From: a virus
Lineage: Duplodnaviria > Caudoviricetes
Direction: 5' to 3' (one strand)
Virus record (IMG/VR): IMGVR_UViG_2671180292_000001
Coordinates: 54,495 to 118,494 of that record
DNA length: 64,000 bases
The notes beneath the pieces are model-generated. The model made no database searches. It was not told where the DNA came from and saw only the letters and a program-made list of their open reading frames with translations. The first letter of the stretch is position 1. Each line of letters starts with the position of its first letter. This document shows, piece after piece, positions 57,133 to 64,000 of this stretch. A program made the position numbers and the translations under genes.

Positions 57133-57700
57133 AGGGGCCTCCTTGCTGGGTTTCTTTCTCTGTTGTGCTGCGAGGTGGCGGGGGCGGTGCCCTCCCCCGA
57201 TCCGGGGGCACCGCCACCCGCACGACTGGGAAAGGGTGAGGTCAGGCCGTAGTCACTGGGTTTGCGATGGGCGTGAGCGGGACACCGGCCGCCGGAGAGA
57301 ACGGCACCGCGCCGACCACCGGCCAGTCCGCGACCTTCTCGTCCGTCTCGTAGCCGCACGAGCCCCATTCGTCGGTGACCATCCACCGGTTCGGAGACGG
57401 CGGGGACGGCCAGAGAACAGCGATGACCTTGCCGTTCGGCTTGCGGCGCACGGTGCCGAGCAAGTTGTCTGCGGGCGATCCGGACAGGTTCGGCTGCGTG
57501 CTCATGTCAGGAGTTCTCCTCGTTGTCGTTGCGGGCGTAGCGGGGGTCCGCCACCTGGGCAGAGATGCACGCGGGGCAGATCCCACAGACCTGGCCGTCA
57601 CTGCGGGCCACGCACGGGATCCGTGAGTCACCGATGCACGGGTGGTCGACGGGGAGGGTCTGCGCCTCCCACGGGCAGTAGTGCAGGTCCTCGACGGGAA

Positions 57701-58900
57701 TCACGACGCCTCCCGAGACCACAGGGTGAGCTGGGACGGTGTCGCGGCGGCGGAATCCCACACCTGGCCGAACTGGGCGTTAACCTTCTCGACGGCCCTG
57801 GCCGGGGCGGCTACGAGGGCGTGCTCGCGGCACGGGTAGTACAGGCCGCGCTCGGTGAGCCACACCCGGTGATAGCCGCGCTCGTTCTGGACGCGGGTGT
57901 TACGGGCGGCTGCAAGGTCATGAAGGTAGTCGAGCGTCTGCGTGCGGGTGCCAGTGGTGAGCCGTTCGATTGATCTGACAGCGGTTCCGGGGCGCATGAC
58001 ATCGCCGTGGCGGGCACGAAACGCGCGCCGGACGTCGTACACGCCCCACTCATCCGCATCAAGCACCGCGGCGAACCGAGCAAGCAAATCAGCGGTCCCG
58101 GGATGCGCGGCGAGCACATCGGCGAGGCGCTCTCCCCCGATCAGCCCCTGACGTGGGTTGAGCGCGACGGCGGCGTACTCCATGAGCAGCGGGAGCATCG
58201 CCTCCTCGGGGTTCGCGAGGTAGCGGGCGATGGTGCGGTTCCGGCCACCGTCACGCAAAGCGAAGGCATAGGGGCAGAATGCACACGCCGACTTCGGCCA
58301 CTCCACCCCGAGCTGCGCCCGGATGTACCGGAGGCAGGCATCCCGATCCCACCCCCACTCGATCAACGGATAGGACGGGATCCGGCCAGGTACCTTGCCC
58401 TCCCGCATGTCGCGGACCATCCGAGACGTTTCGTTGGCCTCGAAGCCGACCACATGCCGGAACCCGGCGCCGCTGGTGTGCCGGCTGATCCAGTAGTCGA
58501 GGGGCCAGCCTTTCGCCTTGATCGAGCACTTCCGGGTGCCGCCCGATTGGGGGATGGTGCCGTTGGTGAGCATCTCCGCTGCGAGGGTGTAGTACGGCCG
58601 CTCGGCAGTCGGGCGGATGTGGCACAGCGTGGGCGTGGTGGTGTCGTTGAGGACGGTGATGCCGTCCGTCTGGGATGCGCTCTTACGGGCGACCTGGACG
58701 GTACGGATGCCATGCCGTGCGAGCAGGGGGTAGACATGGGTCTCGACCAGGCGGCCGGTCTCTTCCCATTCGTTGCCGGTCTGCGCGCTGATGACGACCA
58801 AGTCCTTCAAGGGGAAGTCCCGCGTCTCCGGTTCTGCGATCCAGCGCAGGAGGATCGCGGTCGAGTCGACACCGAACCCGTAGGAGAGGATCACGTTCAC
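57701..58900 (-). CDS. PAPS-reductase/PP-loop-fold protein
   Basis: ILSYGFGVDSTA, RKCSIKAK, VVGFEANE, YPLIEWGWDR..C, KSACAFCP. Confidence 0.8.
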   Translation of the reverse strand: MNVILSYGFGVDSTAILLRWIAEPETRDFPLKDLVVISAQTGNEWEETGRLVETHVYPLLARHGIRTVQVARKSASQTDGITVLNDTTTPTLCHIRPTAERPYYTLAAEMLTNGTIPQSGGTRKCSIKAKGWPLDYWISRHTSGAGFRHVVGFEANETSRMVRDMREGKVPGRIPSYPLIEWGWDRDACLRYIRAQLGVEWPKSACAFCPYAFALRDGGRNRTIARYLANPEEAMLPLLMEYAAVALNPRQGLIGGERLADVLAAHPGTADLLARFAAVLDADEWGVYDVRRAFRARHGDVMRPGTAVRSIERLTTGTRTQTLDYLHDLAAARNTRVQNERGYHRVWLTERGLYYPCREHALVAAPARAVEKVNAQFGQVWDSAAATPSQLTLWSREAS

Positions 58901-59928
58901 GCCGCCTCCCGCGAGGGCGTCCGGCCGGGTGCGAGCGACACGGCACGGCGAGCGCAGCGCATGACCTTGTCAAGCTGTGCGACCGTGCGGCGGTTGACGC
59001 GCTTGGCCGGGAACGGCGGCTTGCCAGCGGCGGCACGATCGGCGTTCTTGGCGTCCTGCTGCTCCTGGACGACCGCTCGGATCACCCCGGCGAGCGCGCC
59101 CAGTGCGGTCCTTGCGTCCGGGTTACCAGCCTGCTCCAGCTCGGCGACGTGGAGACCGCCGACGATCTCGACCATGGACAGGTCAAGGCGGAAGCGGTGG
59201 CCAAGCTCCTGCTCGGCCCACAGGTAGTCCGAGGCGAGCTCGGGGCGCAGCCACGCAGCCAGGAACAAATCTTCCGGGCTCGCCAACACGCACAGGGAGC
59301 AGGACAGGCGGCTCATGCCCCACGAGTAGGCGGCATGCGGGCGAAGCCCGGCGGCCTTGATCTCCGCCCAGACCTCGCCCACCGTCCAGTCACGGATCGG
59401 GTGCCAGCGGGTGATGGTGCGGTTCCGCGACGAGTGCGCCTCATCGACGGCGAGGATCGACTTGCGGGCGCGGTTGTCGGACTCCTCACCGCGGATGCCG
59501 AGGGCGTACAGCACACGGACGGGGCGGCTGGTGATGCCGGCCTCGGCGCGGAACTCTTCCACGAGCTGGGTGACGAGCTTTATGCCTTGGCTGGTCTTCT
59601 GGTCCGACGTGCACCACCGCGCGGCCGACGACATCCACTTGCGGCGCTCGTTGAGAAGCTGGTCCCATAGCCCGCCGCGCTCGCGGCGGCGTACCTCGAA
59701 CCGGAAGCCGTACCGCTCGGCGTGCTCGCGCGCCAGCGCCTCCACGCCGGGCCACTCGACCGGGTGACCCGAGCGCGTGACGCCGAGGTCGTTGTGCAAG
59801 ACCACGACGGGGCCGGTGAATCCCTGCGCGGTGACCAGGCGTGCGACGTAGGCGGTCAGCGCCATGGAGTCCTTCCCGGCGCTGCTGTTGATGACGATGA
59901 GGTCGTGGTCGTGGAGGTTAGGGTTCAT
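58897..59928 (-). CDS. PAPS-reductase-family protein
   Basis: NSSAGKDS, RWCTSDQK, GIRGEES..RA, PIRDWT..EVW, HAAY..GMSRLSCSLC. Confidence 0.88.
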   Translation of the reverse strand: MNPNLHDHDLIVINSSAGKDSMALTAYVARLVTAQGFTGPVVVLHNDLGVTRSGHPVEWPGVEALAREHAERYGFRFEVRRRERGGLWDQLLNERRKWMSSAARWCTSDQKTSQGIKLVTQLVEEFRAEAGITSRPVRVLYALGIRGEESDNRARKSILAVDEAHSSRNRTITRWHPIRDWTVGEVWAEIKAAGLRPHAAYSWGMSRLSCSLCVLASPEDLFLAAWLRPELASDYLWAEQELGHRFRLDLSMVEIVGGLHVAELEQAGNPDARTALGALAGVIRAVVQEQQDAKNADRAAAGKPPFPAKRVNRRTVAQLDKVMRCARRAVSLAPGRTPSREAA

Positions 59929-60755
59929 GACGCCTCCCCCAGGTCGAACAGCGATGGCGTGATGTTCGGGAACGGCCGGTTCGACCACAGCACCTCTGTA
60001 CGGCGCTGCCAGTCGTTCGCCTGACCCGTGTGGGCCTCGATCTCCATCCGATGCCAGCCGTCGTACAGCTCGTCGTACAGCGGCGAGTGATAGCCCGACA
60101 GGACGACGGTGGCGCGGCATGCCTCGAGGTGCTTCGCGAGTTCGCGGTGCTCAGCCTCGCCGCCCATCTCGTGCCGGTAGTTCCGGGCACGGGTCGAGCC
60201 GAGGTAGGGCGGGTCCACGTACAGCAGCACCCCGGGGTGGCGCCCGTAGGCATCGAGGACCTCCAAGGCGGGACGGCACTCCAGCGAGACGCAGGAGAGA
60301 CGCTCAGCCACCGGGGCGAGCCGCGACACATACCCAGCGAGGTAGCGAGGCATCCCAGACGACGACCCCGCAGGGTCCTGAAAGTGCCGCCACCCGGTCT
60401 GCCTCAATGTCCCAGCCCGGCCCTGCGTCAGACGCACCCACACCAGGCGAGCACGCTCCAGATCGGGCAAGGCCTCGAGGTCGACATCCTTCACCGCCTC
60501 GAACTCCGCCCGCGAATGCGGGGTGAGAGCGCACAGACGCTCGAGCTCGAGCGGGTTCTCCCGCAGGACCCGCCAGAACACCATGAGGTCCTGGTCGATG
60601 TCGTTGACGGTCTCCATCCGCGACGGCCTCTTCGCCAGCAGCACGGCCAGGCTTCCGGCGTACGGCTCGACGTAGTGCTCGTGGGCGGGCAGTAGACGCG
60701 CGATGTCTGGGCCGAGGGTCTGCTTGGACCCGTAGTACGGGATCGGCGGTTTCAC
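59925..60755 (-). CDS. Dam-family DNA adenine methyltransferase
   Basis: YYGSK, YVEPYAGS, ETVNDID, YVDPPY. Confidence 0.93.
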   Translation of the reverse strand: MKPPIPYYGSKQTLGPDIARLLPAHEHYVEPYAGSLAVLLAKRPSRMETVNDIDQDLMVFWRVLRENPLELERLCALTPHSRAEFEAVKDVDLEALPDLERARLVWVRLTQGRAGTLRQTGWRHFQDPAGSSSGMPRYLAGYVSRLAPVAERLSCVSLECRPALEVLDAYGRHPGVLLYVDPPYLGSTRARNYRHEMGGEAEHRELAKHLEACRATVVLSGYHSPLYDELYDGWHRMEIEAHTGQANDWQRRTEVLWSNRPFPNITPSLFDLGEAS

Positions 60756-61219
60756 GACGACTCCCGAACCGGTTCGGCGGGGGTCCAGGTGCCGTCGTCG
60801 GCGAGCAGCACCCACCCGTACCGGGCGTGCCGCACGGGCACGCGGGTGGGGTCGACCACGCCGCGGCGGATCTTCCACCCGTTCGCGTACGCCCGCGCCG
60901 GTTCCCCTTCCACCACCTGGTGGCAGGGACGGCACGCATGGAGGTTGTTGGCCGGCGTGTTCGATCGCGCGTCGTGGGTGCCGCCCATCCCCTTGGCGAG
61001 CCGATGCGAGGGGTCCACCGCCGGGGCGCGCCCGTGGCAGACGACACCGATCTCACACAACCCTCGGGATCGGTCGGCGATCACGCTCATGACGTCCGGG
61101 CCGGGGCCGGTGTACCGGCGCGAGGCACGGATGCGGGTCTTCCGCTTGGGGGGCTGGCCGCCCTGGAGCGGCGTACGCCGCACCAGGGCAGACCGGCGAA
61201 CCAAAGGCGTCCGCTTCAC
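60752..61219 (-). CDS. HNH endonuclease
   Basis: CEIGVVC...SHR...GMGG...NNLHACRPCH. Confidence 0.75.
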   Translation of the reverse strand: MKRTPLVRRSALVRRTPLQGGQPPKRKTRIRASRRYTGPGPDVMSVIADRSRGLCEIGVVCHGRAPAVDPSHRLAKGMGGTHDARSNTPANNLHACRPCHQVVEGEPARAYANGWKIRRGVVDPTRVPVRHARYGWVLLADDGTWTPAEPVRESS

Positions 61220-62145
61220 GAGTCGCCACCCGTCTCGGAGATCTCCTCCTCCGAGTAGTGCAACGGGTCACTCTCCGACGGCTCGGGCTCGCTCCCCTCC
61301 TCCGGCTCCGAGACCTTCTCCGTGCCTTCTGCGGCAGGCTTCTGCGGCTTGGTGATCTCCTCGACAGTCACCCGTGGCTGCGGGAACTCCTCCTCGATCG
61401 TGACCTCGCGGCGACGGATGCTCCGCCAGATCACCCGGAGCTGGGCAACGTCGTAGCCGTTCCACTCGTCCTTGCTCCGGCCGAGCTTCTGTTCCAACTG
61501 GTCCGGCGACACACCGATCCCGGCGTAGCCCTCGATGACGTCCGTGATGACCTGGGGAAGGGTCTTACCTTCCCCGCCACCGGCCAAAGTCTTGTTGCAC
61601 AGCTCCTTGGCTTCCTCGACGAACCACGGCGGCAGGATCGCGAAGATGACCTCGCGCAGGCGACGGGCTCCGGCGTTGGCGTTGTTCTCGTAGATGTCCC
61701 GGGCCGAGGTGAGCGCGGTGGCGCCGTCGCTGGTGTCCCGGGCGTGAGGGACGATGAAGTTCAGCGACGACCGGGTGTTCCGCTCGACGTCCCAGGCCCA
61801 CGCCTGCATCTCGGACTGGCCGTACTCGTCGTCGCGGCGCATCTCCGAAACGCCGTACTGAACGTTGCCGAAGCACCGGGCCAACTCGCGGGCGAGGTGC
61901 ACTGTCGGGCCGGTGATGTTCTTCCCGGCCCGGTTGTAGCGGTAGAACGCCCGCTCGGCGAGGAACTTCTGAGCGCAGGAATCCTGCATCGCAGCGCGGG
62001 CGGCCTGGATGTCGCGGGGGCACTGCTGCGCCACGACGATCGCGGCGTGCACCTCAGCAACGGCGCGGGACTGCTCGACGGCGGTGGCCTGCCCGATCCG
62101 AGTCGGCGCGGGCAGCCTGGGGGCGACACGGTCGATCTGGTTCAT
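61216..62145 (-). CDS. Putative ssDNA-annealing recombinase (partner of the exonuclease)
   Basis: Coupled downstream of the RecE-like gene; AEVHAAIVVA..CPRD, GPTVHLARE. Confidence 0.6.
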   Translation of the reverse strand: MNQIDRVAPRLPAPTRIGQATAVEQSRAVAEVHAAIVVAQQCPRDIQAARAAMQDSCAQKFLAERAFYRYNRAGKNITGPTVHLARELARCFGNVQYGVSEMRRDDEYGQSEMQAWAWDVERNTRSSLNFIVPHARDTSDGATALTSARDIYENNANAGARRLREVIFAILPPWFVEEAKELCNKTLAGGGEGKTLPQVITDVIEGYAGIGVSPDQLEQKLGRSKDEWNGYDVAQLRVIWRSIRRREVTIEEEFPQPRVTVEEITKPQKPAAEGTEKVSEPEEGSEPEPSESDPLHYSEEEISETGGDS

Positions 62146-63017
62146 GAAAGCTCCCGAAGGTAGGCGTTCTCCACCCAGGCGGGCAGGCGGATCAGGGCGA
62201 TGTCGTCGGTGTAGCCGGGCCAGTGGCCGGTCTCGACGCAGTGGGCGTAGGTGTGGATGGCCTGTCGGTTGCGTTCACGGCCGAGCCGGAGTGAGACCTG
62301 GTCCAGCTCGACCACCGTGATCAGGTAGGGAGGGGTCTTCTCCTGGAACACGAAGAGCATCGCCGCCTGGTCGGCGAGACCGAGCTCTCGGACGCCGTCC
62401 ACGTACCAGGCGGCTTGCTGGTGGTAGCCGTACTCGAAGACCGACCGCTGGATCGCGTCCGGGTGCGCGCTCTTCGTCGTCTTCAGATCGCCTACGATCA
62501 GCCGACCGGGGCCGATCGTCGGTAGCCAGTCCAGGCGGGCACGCCGCCAGATCCCGGTCTGGCGGTCCTGCCAGATCAGCGTCTGCTCCGGGTCCCCGGT
62601 CTCCGGGTTGAACAGCTGCGATGCGATCGGGTGACGGCGGACCTGCTCGGCCATCGCTCGGACCTGCTCGAACTCGTGCCGCAACAGCGGGGTCGCCCCC
62701 GAGTCGTAAGCAGCGTCCCGCTTCTCACGGGCGGCTTTCGTCCGCCAGTCCGCCGCGTCCACCACAACCAGCTCCGGGCCCGACCCGAGCACCAGCTTGT
62801 GCGCGGCGGTCCCCAAGTCGAACTCCCGCTTCGGGGCCGGCGGGTTGAGCTGCTCGTGCCGGAACTGGGCCGGGCACTTCAGGATCTTCCGCGCCCCTGT
62901 GGATGACAGGCTCCGGCCGGGCACGGGGTCGGCGTGGTAGTCCTCCTCCGGGATGTCGTACACCCCGGGAATGACCTCTTCAGCGGCCGTAGTGGTTTCG
63001 GGCAGGGTCGCGGTCAC
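62142..63017 (-). CDS. RecE/ExoVIII-like PD-(D/E)XK exonuclease (DUF3799)
   Basis: YHAD...LSST, GTAAH, RARLDWL, DLKTT, YGYHQQAAWY. Confidence 0.9.
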   Translation of the reverse strand: MTATLPETTTAAEEVIPGVYDIPEEDYHADPVPGRSLSSTGARKILKCPAQFRHEQLNPPAPKREFDLGTAAHKLVLGSGPELVVVDAADWRTKAAREKRDAAYDSGATPLLRHEFEQVRAMAEQVRRHPIASQLFNPETGDPEQTLIWQDRQTGIWRRARLDWLPTIGPGRLIVGDLKTTKSAHPDAIQRSVFEYGYHQQAAWYVDGVRELGLADQAAMLFVFQEKTPPYLITVVELDQVSLRLGRERNRQAIHTYAHCVETGHWPGYTDDIALIRLPAWVENAYLRELS

Positions 63018-63394
63018 TGGCCCTCACCGTCCTCACGGTGGACGAGAGCGAGAGGGCCGTAGTGCTCAGCCACGTGGTAGACGCCGTGCTCGCCCCAGTC
63101 GTCCACGGACTTCCGCTGGGGCGAGCAGAACGCGACGTACGCATCGCCATCCATGTCGTAGGCCGTAATCGCGAACCACAGGTCGCCGTCGCGGTCGCGC
63201 CATAGGTCGCCCAACTGCGGAGGGAACTCCGCCGGGGCGACTGGCGTGATCGCGGCCTGAGGCGGCATAGCCCATCCGCCCTTGTCGTCGTCGCACTTGA
63301 CGACCACGGCGCCGTCCGAGTGCCTCGCGAGGACGCGAACGCCCTTGATGGTGATGTCGACGATGGTGCCGATCTTGATCTCGGAGCCGGTCAC
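63014..63394 (-). CDS. Hypothetical protein
   Basis: Coupled ORF. Confidence 0.55.
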   Translation of the reverse strand: MTGSEIKIGTIVDITIKGVRVLARHSDGAVVVKCDDDKGGWAMPPQAAITPVAPAEFPPQLGDLWRDRDGDLWFAITAYDMDGDAYVAFCSPQRKSVDDWGEHGVYHVAEHYGPLALVHREDGEGQ

Positions 63395-63675
63395 TGGTCA
63401 CCCCCGGAGGCCTTCTCGGCCTGCGCGGTGGGGTAGGTGACCGGCGCGACCTCGGTGACCACCGCGCGTAGGCGGTCGGCGTGCTGCTGCAAGGTGCTCA
63501 ACCCGTGGGAGTCCTCGAGGATCGCCGCGAGGACGCCACGGACTGCCAGGGCCCGATCCACGATGAGCTGGTCACGGGCGGCCAGGTGCTCGTAGGCGGC
63601 AGCCTGCGGGACGTCGAGGACCTCACGGATAGCGGTGAGGAGCTCCCGCATGTCAGCGTTGAGGGCGTCAGCCAT
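63391..63675 (-). CDS. Hypothetical protein
   Basis: Coupled ORF. Confidence 0.55.
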   Translation of the reverse strand: MADALNADMRELLTAIREVLDVPQAAAYEHLAARDQLIVDRALAVRGVLAAILEDSHGLSTLQQHADRLRAVVTEVAPVTYPTAQAEKASGGDQ

Positions 63676-64000
63676 GGTGCACCTGCCCGTCCTCGTCGCG
63701 GGGCAGGATCGCGACCGGCTCGTCAGCCGTGAAGGCGAACCCCCATCCGTCGAACCACACCTCGTAGAACTCCGGCCCGGTGATCTGGGCGATCGGGAGC
63801 ATGTCGAGTTCGTCGGTCACGAAGACGTCGCCGACGACCAGGTCGGAGGCGGTGGTGATGACGGGGATCGGGCCGGTGTAGGTGCCGGCGTCCAGCGCGG
63901 CGAGTAGACGGGCCGCGAGGCGGGGTTGGAAGGCGTCGAGCTGCTCCCACTTCACGCTCGCTGAGCGCGTTGTAGGGGCGGGAGGTGAGATGATGGACAT
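63668..64000 (-). CDS. Hypothetical protein (start at the window edge)
   Basis: Overlap-coupled ORF. Confidence 0.5.
   Translation of the reverse strand: MSIISPPAPTTRSASVKWEQLDAFQPRLAARLLAALDAGTYTGPIPVITTASDLVVGDVFVTDELDMLPIAQITGPEFYEVWFDGWGFAFTADEPVAILPRDEDGQVHHG

Noticed and set aside
1-64000. tRNA or rRNA genes
   Set aside because: None recognised by eye; tRNAscan-SE/Aragorn would be needed to exclude them.

Overview
This window is a large part of a high-GC actinomycete tailed phage or prophage, with almost all genes on the minus strand. The left arm holds the virion genes: major tail, a cluster of Cys-rich modular repeat proteins (one with RCC1 repeats), capsid pentamer and hexamer, a MuF/2H-phosphoesterase/protease fusion, portal and terminase. 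The right arm holds early genes: RecE-like exonuclease and its annealing partner, a Rep initiator with an internal origin, Dam and C5 methyltransferases, two PAPS-reductase-fold proteins, DUF5131, Gsp synthase, WhiB and BldC-like regulators. It also carries three IS200/IS605 TnpB elements, a free-standing HNH gene and a tyrosine-recombinase islet. The most striking feature is a stand-alone Cas7/RAMP-like gene (50238-51019, one-base frameshift) followed directly by a ~430-bp non-CRISPR array of GAC-punctuated NNN(C/T)C pentamers, a candidate RNA-guided system. Other highlights are a 19-aa micropeptide with its own RBS and hairpin, a motif shared by three late-gene leaders, three operator-bearing early promoters, and an IS605 whose precise excision would restore a phage gene. 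All product calls come from motif recognition by eye; no searches were run.
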